62,166 nucleotides of DNA, filler included, from Sphacelaria rigidula (GCA_964200075.2; 10 parts of 10 records of this genome joined end to end with filler, not necessarily neighbours in it), one strand, 5' to 3'; shown: positions 24,294 through 37,917, counted from the whole stretch's first letter. Translations and numbers: made by a program. Notes: generated from the letters alone by a model not told the origin.

Positions 24294-24808
24294 GGCCGTT
24301 TCTTCCGGTTCGTATTTTGTTTGGCTCGTATTTTCCACTTTTACGACATTTGACAAGGTTTTTGACCCTCAAACAAGGAAAATGGCCACCACACGTCTTG
24401 GACATTTTGTATCACCCCACCAAGAGGAGCCTAGCCCACATTTCAGATTCGCTTGGCTCCAAGGTTTCAAGAGCGACATCTGGACAAAAATACGAGTAAA
24501 AAATATATTGCACAGTCTGTAGGTATTTTTAACATACGAGGAAAACATATATTGCACAGTATGTAGATATTTTCAACATTGAAAATACCTACAGACTGTG
24601 CAATATATGTTTTTCTCGTATTTTTGTCCAGAGGCCGCTCTCAAAATCTCTGACCCAAGCGAATCGGAAAAGTGGGCTAGGCTCCTCTCGGTGGGATGAT
24701 ACAAAGTGTCCAAGACGTGTGGTGGCGATTTTCCCTGTTTGGGGGTCAAAAACCTCGTTATATGTCCTGAAAATGGAAAATACGAGCCAAACTACAAGCT
24801 GGGCCGGC
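24294..24808. mobile_element. Foldback MITE, right end cut by contig end
   Basis: Arms of ~230 bp (GTTTGGCTCGTATTTTCCA / TGGAAAATACGAGCCAAAC) with a duplicated unit at the centre. Confidence 0.75.
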
Positions 24809-25219
24809 NNNNNNNNNNNNNNNNNNNNNNNNNNNNNNNNNNNNNNNNNNNNTTAATTAATTAANNNNNNNNNNNNNNNNNNNNNNNNNNNNNNNNNNNN
24901 NNNNNNNNGGGCTTGCGGACGCCATTTTGGGCAAAGGGGGGGGAGGCGGGGAAGAGGGAGGGGGAGGGGGAGGGGGGATGAGGGAGGGGGAGGGGGAGGG
25001 CAGCGGCAGCCCGTTTAGTCCCCGTTGGGCAAGTGCCCTAGTTGGCGGAACGCCCGGGTGCGCGGGCTGGAAATCAGTGGCGTATGACTGGCGAGACGGA
25101 GGGATTGCTGGCAACGTCATCAGTTGAGTTTGATGGTCTTCCTCCCTTTTGGATGTCCGTTGCGTTTTTTCTGTCATCACATAGCTTGAATCCTCCCCAC
25201 CGCCCTCTCTATCTCCATC

Positions 25220-25290
25220 TCGAAAGGGATGCGCGGTCAATGGTCAAACCACTAAGGCGAGCAACAAATGAGTACGCCCCCCCCCCGTTC
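25220..25290 (+). mobile_element. LINE family B, extreme 3' end (also 52255-52520, 52634-52672 and 60475-60512, all minus)
   Basis: TCTCGAAAGGGATGCGCGGTCAATGGTCAAACCACTAAGGCGAGCAACAAATGAGTACG followed by C10. Confidence 0.8.
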
Positions 25291-25374
25291 TGCCCCCCCG
25301 CCCCCAAACTCCTGTTTTGTCGAATACTCGACCAATGGCCAAAGAGCTAAGGTATACAGGGCATAAGTACCATA

Positions 25375-25692
25375 CGCAGTGTTGAAATGGGTGAGACATG
25401 CATGACGCAGTGTAATCCATGGCTGTCTCTGGACGTGACGATACCAGAAAGTGAAGCAACTCGTCGGAGCCTGCCATCCGTATGCAAGATAATCAGCACG
25501 CTTCGGGCGGAACATTCGCAGTAGGATGCAGCTCACCCTTTATGCGACTCGCCGAATACATCACGGCGCTTCGCGCTCGGTGATCTCCGACGAAATCCCG
25601 GCGTGCTCCGTCCCGACTTTGTAGGAACGCGAGGTCCACAGTTTTCCGACTACGACATGCAGAATCATGACTATCCCCCCCACCCCCTCCCC
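25375..25692 (+). mobile_element. C-tailed retroposon family A, copy
   Basis: Homologous to 8180-8496. Ends ATCATGACTAT plus a C-rich tract. Confidence 0.75.
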
Positions 25693-25725
25693 TCCTGGTA
25701 CCCCGGTGGTTGCTCTCCCAACGAG

Positions 25726-25910
25726 AAGATATCCTCGAGACGTGGGTGTACGCGATCGCCGGGCGGCAAAAGGAAAATGTCGCGGTGATCGGCAATTCGC
25801 AGTATTTCGACCGCATCACGTGCCACGACGAGAGCGAAGGCAAGATCACAAGCGGATGGGACTGCATTTTTACGCCGGCGCCGCACGTGTGTTACTTCGA
25901 CGATCGGAAG
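25726..25910 (+). CDS. Isolated exon, possibly glycosyltransferase (GT23/fucosyltransferase-like)
   Basis: Reads EDILETWVYAIAGRQKENVAVIGNSQYFDRITCHDESEGKITSGWDCIFTPAPHVCYFDDRK, with donor AAG|GTGGGT. The GWxCxFxP motif is only suggestive. Confidence 0.35.
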
Positions 25911-26921
25911 GTGGGTAGGCACGACAGGAGTAACACGACGGCGAAAAACACGTAAAAAAAGGAAAACATGTTTATGGTAATCCCGAGACTAGAAAAGAGG
26001 GAGAGGCACTAGAGAGAAAAATGGAAGGTGCGTTTCTGTGATTTTTTTCACGAAAAATAGGGAAGTGCCGCCGGTGGCTGCAAAGTAAGCAGTCATCTGA
26101 TGGGCATGGGCGGAGTAGGTGGTATTGCGTGCGTATTTCCACTTTCAAGGGCCCTGAATCGTCGGAAAATTGCGCGCTCGTTTTAAATTATAAGTTGAGG
26201 AAAACGTCGGGGGCACGTTGGATTACGACCATATATTTGGGCGTACATGCGAATATATTCCATGCCATCTTGTATTTGGTTTGCGTGTCCTTGTTTATCT
26301 GCTTTTCAGTCTACTATTTCGTGTCTCATCCACCTTGCTGTTTTGTTCCCTCTTCTTTCTGCGAGTGTCTGCGCTTTATTTTTATCTTGGATACGTGTAT
26401 CTTGTGGATAATGACCAACACTGGATAATAACCAACGCTGGATAATGACCTCGAGGGTCAGTTAGTGTACTACAATCAATCAATCAATCAATCAAATCAT
26501 GAATCTGTAATAGCGTTTGAATACGTCACGCACTTCCCTGTGCGTCCCCGGCTGATGCGCTCACATACACGGACCGGTGCAGATTAACGGCCAGAATGGA
26601 TGGGATGACAACACATCATGCGGAGTTGCTCATGCTGAATCTTTTTTCGCAGGGTTGGAAACGTCCGCTCGTGCTCCAATTGAAGAACGTGGATAGCATG
26701 CGTAATTGCTGTAGGTACGCGGGGAAAAGAATTTTTCGGTACAAAACAATGTTGCCGTCGACATTTTTTCAAGTGCCATTATTGCGCTATGTAATTGCCC
26801 GGCAGGTGCATGTGATGAAACATACACACCGTAGTGAGCGGTTATGGTGGGCATGGGCGGAGTAAAAGGATCCTCAAGTACACGGGGAGAAACAGTGACT
26901 ACTACACACGCCGGATATCTC

Positions 26922-27110
<189 letters not shown>

Positions 27111-27349
27111 CTATTTATTCATAGCGTAATGTCGCCAGCTCCCACACTGCAAACGAGTACGACGGTGTCCGGATTACCCATACTGTAGCCAAGTCACAAA
27201 TGATCCTTATCGGAACAACATTTTGTACTAGACTCGGACTGAAGAGGAGAAAATTGTCTCTCTTCTCCGCCGTCCTGCAGAACCAGGCCGAAAGATATTC
27301 CGTGCCGAACGGTCAAGTTTCATGCATACTCATGGAATGTGAAAATCCC

Positions 27350-28020
27350 GTTGTCTGCACAGCACCGAAACGACGAAATGCACCCGTGCACAGCATCCAG
27401 TGTTTTACTGAGAGAGGAAGCATTGCCCCACGTGAACGGCAGAGTTTTTTTTAATCAAATGTACTGTACAAAAGTAGCACTATACTATAGAGGACAGCAT
27501 GTACAGTGTATTACCTCCTTCCACGGAATCGTCGTCTGCACAGCACCCGTGCACAGCAATCCAGCGTTTTTCTGAGAGACGAAGGATTGCCCCATGTGAA
27601 CGGCAGAGTTTTTTTTCATCAAATGTACTGTACAAGAGTAGCACTGTACTATACAGCATGTACAATGTATTACCTCCTTCCACGGAATCGTCGTCTGCAT
27701 AGCACCCGTGCACAGCAATCCCGCGTTTTACTGAGAGACGAAGGATTGCCCCATATGAATGGCAGAGTTTTTTTTAATCAAATGTATTGTACAAAAGTAG
27801 CACTATATTACAGAGTACAGCATGAACAGTGTATTACCTCCTTCCACGGAATCGTCGTCTGCGCAGCACCCGTGCACAGCAATCCAGCGTTTTACTGAGA
27901 GACGAAGGATTGCCCCATGTGAACGGCAGAGTTTTTTTTTTTATCAAATGTACTGTACAAGAGTAGCACTATATTACAGAGTACAGCATGAACAGTGTAT
28001 TACCTCCTTCCACAGAATCG
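27350..28020. repeat. Tandem repeat, ~4 units of ~160-180 bp
   Basis: Unit starts GT.GTCTGC at 27350, 27531, 27690 and 27854. Confidence 0.9.
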
Positions 28021-29377
28021 GATGATCAGGATACGGTAGCTCTCTTGCAGGATTGGATGATCAGTGGTATGGCGAGAGCACTGAAGGACGAGAGCGTGTA
28101 CAGTACCTCTACTATCTGTATGACAAACAAAACTGTAGCACAAATTGCCGCATACAGAGCGAACTTAACCAGCTTGCTTATCGCATACAAAGAGAAAGTC
28201 AGTGCAGTAGTTTCATAACTATTTTATACACGCTTTGACTATGAAATTGGACTGCGCCTCCCAGAGTACGGAATTGGATCGTTGTCGCCAAAGATGGAGC
28301 AACTGCTTTATGTACAGTCGCTCTTATGGCTTGCGACTCTTGCACTACACTACAACAGTATTTGTATGGTTCACTCTTGTGGCTTGCATCGATTGCGGCG
28401 GCAGAGACTCTCTCGACAAGCACAACAACGGTGAGAGGGCATCACAACCGGTGAGCGGTCATCGGCTCTTCAACTGCACGACAACACCGCAGTTGCTGTT
28501 GTGGCTTGTGGCATCACCTCTCATGAAGCCGGTTGGCATGCTCTGTTCGCCTCTCTCTTGGTCATGTGGTTCAGCATACCGTTGGAAGATACATCGAACA
28601 GTATTGCAGGTTTTGTTCGCAGTCAAATATTCAAAGGGTTCAACGGTTGTATTGTGGCTGGCGGGAGCATGGCCTCCTGCTGCCTCTCTCAAGAAATTGA
28701 AAAAGAGCACCTGCGATACAGTGCTCGCCACGACACAGTTTATGAAGTCCAAGAAGAGTATGACGACTGTAACTTGCGCTTCTGTTTGTTGCGGTTGTTA
28801 CGTGGATGTCTGCCTGTTTGCGCGGGTGAGCTCTTGACGGAATAGCGTCCTTCTTTTATTACGTTGCAATCTCCACACCCCTCTCCGACTGCGGGCTAAT
28901 CAACTGTGGGAGAAACTCAAAGTATAGTTCAAAGTCACTTCTGTGTGGTAGATGGACGTAACATATACTCTTCGCTGTGACCATCAACTGTATCATACAC
29001 CTTCGCTACATGCTGCCAAGACGGACAGTAAGTTCAATACGAAACTTTTCACCGGTTCTTCGCACTGCACACATTACCCGCAGACTGTGCAGCTCGCACC
29101 GCGCTGTCCCAAGATGAGCGCGATTTTCTTCACTGTCACGTGTGGTATTCACCAAACACCTGATTGTAGCTTTGCGCCTGGAGTGGGTTCCCTCACTACA
29201 GCCCTTGCTGCGCCCACGTTATCGCTCATTCTCCCACTATGTGTCACTACTTATCGACGCTAAACTCTTGGCTTGTGGCGTGGTGTGGCTATTCCTTTAT
29301 GGCTGGCAACTGTGTACTGCATGTACCATCCATGTGTATGTTCCATCATGCTTTATCATCGCTTCGTATTTGAGACC

Positions 29378-29590
29378 CTGTAATGCGTGAGAGGACCGCG
29401 TGCATAGAGGACCGCATCGGAATTCGAATATCCCTATGGTTAGGATTAGGGTTAGGGTTATTGTCGGGATTATGGTCAGGGGCATAGTACCTGCAGGGCC
29501 TGGCCCGATTTGTTTCGAAAAACGTCGATCCTGAGGTGTTTTGAACTACGGCGCGGTCCTTTAAGCACGCGGTCCTCTCACGCGTTACAG
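29378..29590. mobile_element. MITE with ~27-bp TIRs and internal TTAGGG-like tract
   Basis: CTGTAATGCGTGAGAGGACCGCGTGC pairs with GCACGCGGTCCTCTCACGCGTTACAG. ACC flanks both sides. GGTTAGGATTAGGGTTAGGGTTA lies inside. Confidence 0.75.
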
Positions 29591-32456
29591 ACCCGTGGTT
29601 ATGATTTCATCATCGCTTCCGACGGAAAGTGATCTTCAATACAAAAAAATGTGGTGATTGCAGCGTTGTGGTTTTCGAAGCCTTGAACGGACAAACTTTA
29701 CCGTCTGCTTATACGTTGTGTGTTTGTGTGCTGTTGTCCCATCTATTTTGGACGCCGGTTTACACCTTCCGGTATAAGTGGGCGCATCAGTCGAGGTCAC
29801 ACAGGAGGAAGGTCAACACAGGAGTATCTTTTTATGTAGAACAAACTAAATCGTGTTGTTATTCCTCGGAATAGCTCTGATTGTGTTGGGTTGTGTGGTG
29901 AGCCTCTGCACGTGCCAACCAGACATGTGTGTCCCCCGTCAAGGTGTCCGCAAATCACTCGTCAAAACAGGATTTCAGGAAGTGCTTTTTCTGCGCTTCC
30001 TGAAGTCTTTGCCAAAGAAGGAATTTCTGGGCACGTGTCGGTTTTTTTTTTGAGGGGGCGGGTGGTATCGCAGCGACCACTCAGCGATCGTTTTTCAAAA
30101 GAACAATATCGAAAAGGGGTTGATTTAGCCCCTAGACAGCGAGAGTAGGTCATCTGCTGAATCGTCATCAATATTCAATTGAAAAAAGTATGCATGATCC
30201 AGATAGACTACCTTCGCGGTCTAAGGGTTAACTTGATTGAACCAACAAATAATCATGATCGATGCAGGGGTGCACGAGGAAACAAAATGCCACACCCCCA
30301 TGTACTGTGCCCCTGTATTTTTTGGACCCCCTCAAGGCATACGCGGGCATTTGGCTACCCCTCAAAATACCTCCGACCAAGCAGCGATCGTTTTTAAAGA
30401 AAGGGGATTTGAAAAAAAAGGGGGGGAATCCCGTTCGATGAAAAGGACGCTGGGAGAGTGCAGCAGCATGTTACTGAACTCCTGTATTCTGCGTTGGTTG
30501 TTCTGGCTCTGCATTGAAAGTGTGATCCATGTCATCACGGTCGGGGTGGTCATGCGGCACTGACCAGCCACAAGTTTTTTTTGCCATAATCCTAGGTTGC
30601 ACAGGTGTCGATGATGCACCCGGGTGCTCAAATAATTTTTCTGCTTCGCGGACGTTAGGGTAGAGTTCAAGGGCAGATCGAGTAGAATATGTACTTTTGA
30701 GTATGCTCCTGCTCGACGAACGCATACAAAAAAAGTATTGACCCTAACATCCTCCTTGGAGGCAAAAACCAAACGAACGACAAATAATGACTCGTCTGGA
30801 AATTACAGTTTTAGTGAAATAGATTCGAATCGTACGAATCAATCCCTAGGCTTTGTTTTCAGCGTTGCAAGCCAGGTACACGCAGCCCGGACACGTAAAA
30901 TGGCGCAAAAGTTGCGTGGATACCCCTTGGACCAGCGGTCAACTTTTTCACGGTTAGGACGAATCATCACGACTAGGAATCACCAAAGCCACGATTTAGT
31001 CGGCCTGATTGCCCAAAAGGGAGAAAAAAGTTGATNNNNNNNNNNNNNNNNNNNNNNNNNNNNNNNNNNNNNNNNNNNNTTAATTAATTAANNNNNNNNN
31101 NNNNNNNNNNNNNNNNNNNNNNNNNNNNNNNNNNNGGGGGGGGGGGGGGGGGGGGGGGGGGGTGATATCAGGGGAAACGATGGTGTCGGTCAGCGCTGTA
31201 AGCCCATAGAGTAGGTAAAATGCGCAGAAGAAGTATCTACGCGATCGGACGGCATCAGGTCGACAAAAAATTCATCCGGCACCATCGCTAAAAGTGTGGG
31301 GAAAGCATTGTTTTGGGCTTGAACCTCATTTCATCGCACGACCTCATTTTATAAAATTGCCTGTTTGAAAAAAACCCGATATGTAGTACAAGTGGGTATA
31401 TAGCAATGTGATTAAGACGTACCTACATCACTTCCTGGAAACAGCGGGGCCGAAATAAATCGACGGCTCGCGTTGTACATGTGCGAATGTACCACTCGCA
31501 CTTAGTGCCTGGTCTGTCCCGAGCATGAGAAGGGGTTCAAGTTGGTGACTTGACACCCGGAATCAAGTACCTAACGTCTAGCGTGGATCGAGATTTCCGG
31601 AGTTGACATGGACATAGATTTGAACTTCTCACTTGTGATTGTACTTCGGTATCACGATAGAACGCCGCGACAGCTATATACGACAGAGAACATATACCTC
31701 CGTCGCCACGGGAGGCGACAACATGAGAATGGCAGTGTAGATGGCACACTCGAACAGAAGTGTTGGTGTTCAACTCCCCACCCGACCACCCCCCCTGTAC
31801 ATACACCGGCGGCAAATGTGGAGGATACCCAGGGCTAACTCATGGGATGCAACGTCCGAGCGCCTGCTGAGACGCCGTCCGGGGCAGTTCGACCATCACA
31901 TTCGACACCTGGACCGATCCCGAGGTAAGAGCATTTTCAAATCACTATTGTAGTAACCCTGCGAGCTATCGAAGGTGATGATCGCACGCGCCTCATTACT
32001 CTCTTTCAGGTGATGACCGAGGCTTTTGAACCAAATGCAGGGCGTGAGCATGCGTGGGTAATATATGTATACTTGTATATACATGTGTGCGCGAGAACTC
32101 CCCACTCTGACTGTTGAAACGTTAAATATTGTACAGAACTAAGTTCTTGCACACATACGCTTTGTTGCATGTCGTCCAGGCAGATAGTGAAAAACCTACG
32201 TGCCGTCTGCTGTCATCGCACCCGGCACATGCCACAACTGTGGTTGACAGAAGTTGTCGATCGACAGGCGTAGAATCCGCAGTGCCGATGTCAAAATATA
32301 TGGGCTATTGCTGGCGGCCACTTCGGTGACGAATCCGCAGTAGGAGATGAGCCCAGTCCCCAATCGTATGGAAAGCACAGGGCGATCGCTCTTTTCCGTG
32401 ACTCTGGGGCGCCTGGCGCGGTGGTCGATGGTGTACCCATGTAAACCGAGGGGGCG

Positions 32457-33284
32457 TTGGGTGGGGGCGACGACCGGCGAAGCTCGCCAAGTGAAAGAGT
32501 AGAGAGTCGAACGCCCAGGGAACGCACGACGCACACAGTCTCTAGTACCTGCGCGGCGGAGGTGAACTCGCGGGAGCTGTCGGCATCCACTGCGCCGACG
32601 ACAATCTGCCACGAAGTGAGCACCCCAACTCGCGAAGGCCGAGAAACTACGCGTGGGATACCCTGTGAGGTGGGGACTTCTACTCCACCTTCGAAGACAA
32701 ATAAAAGACGTGCCCCGCCTGTGTCTGGTAGAGGCACATCTTCGCATGCCCACGTCCCGGCGTCAAGACGGAAGAGAAACATGATCAACCACCCAGATGT
32801 GAGTAGCGCATGGGGAACATGGACTGAGCAGCAGGAGGCTGCATTGCAGCACAGGGATCGAGCAAAGAAACACGCGCTCAAGGCATTACATTCTCCTCAG
32901 GTGGCTACGACACCCGTTTCCTCATGCAACGCATCACTGGAGCCTCCACTCGGGTCGCCGGACACAAGTCGAACTCTGCAGCCGGGATCTGGATCGGAGA
33001 TTCGGATTCAGAATGCAGCGGGTCCGAGAGAGAGGACTCGGCATCGGAAGCGGGCGACGACAATGGGGAAGATTTCGCGTTCTGATTTCAGTCTGTGGAG
33101 AATTTTGGGGCCGTTCTTTCCTGTAGATAGATTGCGCAAACGGTTCTGTACAACTCGAGGATGTTTTTTTCCAGGCTGTAGTCATGAGCCGTGTCTCGGG
33201 TACACGGCGATCATGGTTCGTGGGTGCACGGTGGGGTGCAAAAGCGTATCGGGGGTGATCTGGCTACGCCCGCTAGTGAATCAA
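32457..33284 (+). CDS. Hypothetical low-complexity (S/T/R/P-rich) coding exon
   Basis: Long GC-rich open frame ending at donor CAA|GTGAGT. No recognisable domain; 5' boundary uncertain. Confidence 0.3.
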
Positions 33285-34535
33285 GTGAGTGTCTCAACGG
33301 CAGACAACTGACCTGAACAACCCCATCGTATGCCAGTCAACCTTTTGGTTTACCGTGCAGCACTGCCAACGCTCGCGTCTCGACGCTATGGCGTTCGTGC
33401 CAGGACACAACTGCCGGGAATCATCCGTATCAATATTTTGTTGAACGGTCGGACGAAAAACATGGGGTGATTTTCTTCGCCACGCTCTCGCCAATGTCGT
33501 CGATACTGTACCATCTGCACCGGAACGGCGGGTCGTGTCACCACGTGTCTTGCGCATCACACATCGTGTCGATCTTCGCAACGTTTCATGTAAACCGCTC
33601 ATTATGGCAAACACAACAGGTTGAACGATTTTTTTTCTTTCTTTATCATTTTGGGCGCAAGTGATGGCTGGGCGGATGTTGCCCCCTGGGTTTGCCTTGC
33701 GTTCATCGTTGGAAAATCTATCACGTCACATAAACGTACTCAGGTGTTTGTATCTTGTTTGTCTTGCCGCAGTTGTACGTTCGTCCAAGAACTCGTATAA
33801 ACGTCAGTCGGGATTAGAATAAAGTGGTGGTCAGGTGTAGAAATCCACGACAGTCATCATCTCGTGTCTACTATTGGTGACCAAAAGTGGTAGTAAAGTG
33901 GAAATAAATTTGCGACTACCGGAAAATGCGAACGTGACACGAATTGTTCCACCGGAATTGACCATCTTGGCAGAAGAGTGTATGTGTAAAAAACAGAAAT
34001 CTGCCAAGACCAGAAAGAACCAAGGTATTCTCGAGTTTTTTTCCCCACGAGTACAGGAAGCCATTAGAAACCGTCGATACCCCCCTACCTCCCTTTCGGA
34101 CGCAAAATGATACAGATGAACAAAAAAATAGTTCTACGAGCTGGGCTATCAGTAAATCCCGATCTGCCTCTCACACCGTAAGCTATCTAGTTTTCGAAAT
34201 CAGACCGCCTTGAGCATATCGGTATGACCTGCCGACTAACTTGGTAACACACGTGCCGCCGCTGAATGAAAAAAATGAAAAAAATGTACTGCATAATGCA
34301 TCACCTAACCGACGGAACAAATAAAAGGGCATCCATCGGGACTCGAACTCATGACCTCCATAATTAGAGTCAACTGCAGCGCTTGGATCCAATGAGCGCA
34401 GCCGTGCCACACGAAGAGTTGGATGCTGCGCCAAATTTCTGGAAGTTTTGGCCGCAACTGCACCAGGATCTCCTTCACTCAAGGACGTACAGCTATAGTA
34501 GCGATGCCCACGTATTCATTTTTTTCACGGGGTTA

Positions 34536-35029
34536 GGCCGCTTCTTATAGACTGAAAAAAAATATGTATGAGGACTGCCGTTTTGAACCTTTCATCACGG
34601 ATCATTGGCGGAATACGGGCCTTGGCGAATTTGGCCTCTTCGGAAAGATTTGCTCTATTTTTCAGGAGGATTACAGCACGCTTCTTCGATATTTCGTACT
34701 CCGTGTCTTACTTACTCTTGGCCGGATTTTTTTTTTTTTCAGTCACCTGAAAAAACTTCGAGTTGTCGCGAAAGGTTCAAAACGGCAGTTCTCAAACATA
34801 TTTTTCAGTCTATGAGAAGCGGCGACTGCAAATTTCCAGAATCCGGACAAGAGTAAAACTGGGAGTACGAAAGATCGGACAAGCGCGCTGTAATCCTCGT
34901 GAAAAATAGAGCAAATATTTCCGAGGGGACCAAATCCGCCAAGGTCCGTATTCCGCGAATAATCCGAGGTGAAAGGTTCAAAAGGGCAGTTCTCAGACAG
35001 ATTCGTTTTTCAGTCTAAAAGAAGCGTCC
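34536..35029. mobile_element. Tourist/PIF-Harbinger-like foldback MITE
   Basis: TTA|GGCCGCTTCTTATAGACTGAAAA ... TTTTCAGTCTAAAAGAAGCGTCC|TTA: a 3-bp TTA TSD and ~190-bp inverted arms. Confidence 0.8.
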
Positions 35030-36110
35030 TTACAGCGTTTTTCTAGTTTTTGGAGAAACTGTAAATCGCTTGAAGTGCATATATATTTATTTTTTCTTGG
35101 CATCCCCGGGAAGGTTGTGCGTTGTGATGATAGAAATATTGTGTCAATATTTCAGCCCAACGCTTCGGATTACCCATCACTCGGCCCGGATGCATTCGCA
35201 AATCACTGTCAGCTAGCCCAGCTCGTACAGCATTTCTTTGCGTTGTTTGTTTGCCATGAGAAGTGACCTTGGACGCGGAGGGGTGCTGGTGTCGCTGACG
35301 ACAGTATGCTTGTGTTTGCACGCTATGTTTTGGGCAGCGACCTCGCGCGCTACCGCAGCTATAACGGTACGCACCTGCTTGAACTATCTTCTCTGCTAAC
35401 AGGCAACGTTGTTGTTTCCATGAAAGAGGGTGGGAGTATATATTTACGACTACGAACACACTTGAACGCGGCGCAATTGCCGCCGGCTCCTTTAGGAGAC
35501 CGACTTTCTTTGTACTCCGGAGTATCTGATGCGCTTTCCCCCCGCATGTCATGTGTCCCAGCCCCCCCCACCGAGATGGCAATATCTCATTACACACAGA
35601 AGCTGCAAAGACGAATCAAACTGCTTTATGAAGCTAAGATGCATCTCTATCAGCCCTCGACGTCACGGCTGCGCGTATCCTTGCCGTGGATGAAAATGTT
35701 GATGTGTAGTAAGGTTAATCTTTCGCGATTTCTGCACGATCCCGAGAACTAATTAGCGCGAGTTGGGGGTCAAACGATGGCTATTGGCGATTACTACTTG
35801 CCTCTTCAGTTTCAGCGGGCTGCCAGTCGTGCGGCGCGAGTTATCTGCAATCGCGCGTAGGTCGGCCATATTGGAAATGGCTTTTGGGCTTGTACAGATT
35901 TCCGTGGCCTTTTTCCCGGTTATCCGTCGATCGTTCGTGTGTTGTACTGGATGGGATTGAACCGGACTTCGACGGAGGGGTAGTGTAGGGTAAGTACTAC
36001 AGCTGCGCATCAGCATAGTTGTCATTTTTCTGCCCTTTCGACTTATTTCACTTCACCAAGTCGCGTTTGGGGGGTGGTGGTGAAGAACGTGACACGAAAC
36101 TGGGCGTAAC

Positions 36111-36360
36111 GAGTGATGCTACGATATGGGGGGGGTGTATGGTTCCACGAAAAAACGGGCTCATACATGCTCCAGACGGCATCACACACTCGCGGTGCGC
36201 TTGTATTTGGGTAAAAGCGGTGTCAAATAGTATGAATGAGCGTTATTATCGGAAGTAAGCGCGTGTCAACAACCGTTGCTGCTATTAACGACGATTCCAC
36301 GTCAAACTTCGTTGGAGAAAACGGCCCAAAATACCCCCCCCTCTATCGTAGCATGACTCT
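36111..36360. mobile_element. ~250-bp MITE
   Basis: TIRs GAGTGATGCTACGATA-G-run / C-run-TATCGTAGCATGACTC. Second copy at 12641-12880. Confidence 0.75.
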
Positions 36361-36857
36361 AACAGTGTGCTCAGTGTTTGTTTGCCGGGGCAGGAGCCAC
36401 CCAGCAGGTCATGATGTGGAAGTGAGCGCATCGCCATGTCGACATATGCATCCACTGACGTCTCACGCAGTCTGGGCCGAGGAGACTCCGTTTTGAGGGC
36501 GTATCGATGGCATTGCCGAATATACGTATTCGCCTCGTGCGTCTGGCGCACCACGTAAAACGTGCGGCTGATCCGGGAATATGTTTTCTGTGTTGTGGTC
36601 TACCTCTGTGCCAAGTTTCATGCCGGTCCGTTGTGACACGGCGGAGAAATCCGCAAGCAAAGTAACGCTTGACTTGTACTGAAAATACAGCACTAAACCG
36701 TCGAAAGATACATGAGGTGCGTATGATTCTTGTATGCGGGCATCTTCGCATTCGAGTTACATTTGTTTTTCGCTGAAGACCGACCGCCTTCATATGTAAC
36801 AACGGTTTCGTGATATTGAGATTAGAACACTGATTGAGAGTGGGTGATATAATTTTT

Positions 36858-37262
36858 GAGTGAGTACATTCCCAACTCTGCTCTCAAAACTGCATTACTC
36901 GTCGTTTTCCAGCATCCAAGTATATTCTTAGCTGCTGCATCTGTACTGTTTCCAACCTCTCCACCAACTTCACGTTCCCCTCCCATACTTCTGCATATTC
37001 TAGCTTTGGTACGATCACGTTCATCAGGGTACATCTCTTAATCCTAGTGTCTAGGTGCGGATCTCTAAAGATCACGTCCAACCTGCCTATCTGTGCCTTA
37101 CCTTTTTCTACTATCAATACTTCGTTTATGTGCGCATCCCAAGAACATTTTTTTGAGATTTTTACGCTAAGTCATGTATACTGGTCTACGATCTGCTGTT
37201 CCTCTCCTCCCCACTTCCACTTGAACTCTACCAGATTTTTCTTATCTTCGATACAGACGAGT
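36858..37262 (-). mobile_element. LINE family B internal fragment
   Basis: KGKAQIGRLDVIFRDPHLDTRIKRCTLMNVIVPKLEYAEVWEGNVKLVERLETVQ, homologous to 22630-23020. Confidence 0.85.
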
Positions 37263-37861
37263 NNNNNNNNNNNNNNNNNNNNNNNNNNNNNNNNNNNNNN
37301 NNNNNNTTAATTAATTAANNNNNNNNNNNNNNNNNNNNNNNNNNNNNNNNNNNNNNNNNNNNTATAAACCGCTGGTCCCGCTGAGTTGAGGGTGGATAAC
37401 ACATATGGACCGCAGTCATCTTGCGCGCATTACAGCTGTGAGAAAATTACGCTTGGTTCAGGGCCTATCGGAAGTGAAAAGTCAACCTATGCAACTTGTT
37501 AGTCCCGCATCAGCCCGAAGGTGGGAAAAATGTACTGGTGCTCACCTCCAACAAGTTGGTCAAGTAAGTTGTACATGGCGTTCGTGACTCATGATAATAA
37601 TAAGTGCGTGACATGTACAATCGATGCATCCAAATTTTCAGTGCAGGGTTGACTATGTGCCCATTATTTACCCCGGGAGTCATGGAAGGTATGAAGCGAG
37701 TACCTTCGGGTTATACTGAGCCACGCACAAGCTAAGAAGCTGTATGTCTTACAAATGATATACGATTAGTATGATCCATTCATTGAAATGATGGCTCTAA
37801 GTTGACTAACGAGTCAACATGTCACATCGCCAAAAATTCTGGAACCATCATGTGCGCAGTC

Positions 37862-37917
37862 GGTACCGTTCACGGTACGGTACGGTACGGTACGGTACGG
37901 TACGGTACGGTACGGTA
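37862..37917. repeat. (CGGTA)n pentanucleotide repeat
   Basis: Direct read. Confidence 0.9.

Noticed and set aside
24909..24925. Minus-strand gene start (AAAATGGCGTCC, MASAS)
   Set aside because: Only about five codons precede the contig end; too little to call.
27350..28020. CRISPR-like array
   Set aside because: Whole ~160-bp units repeat with no unique spacers, no cas genes are present, and the context is eukaryotic.
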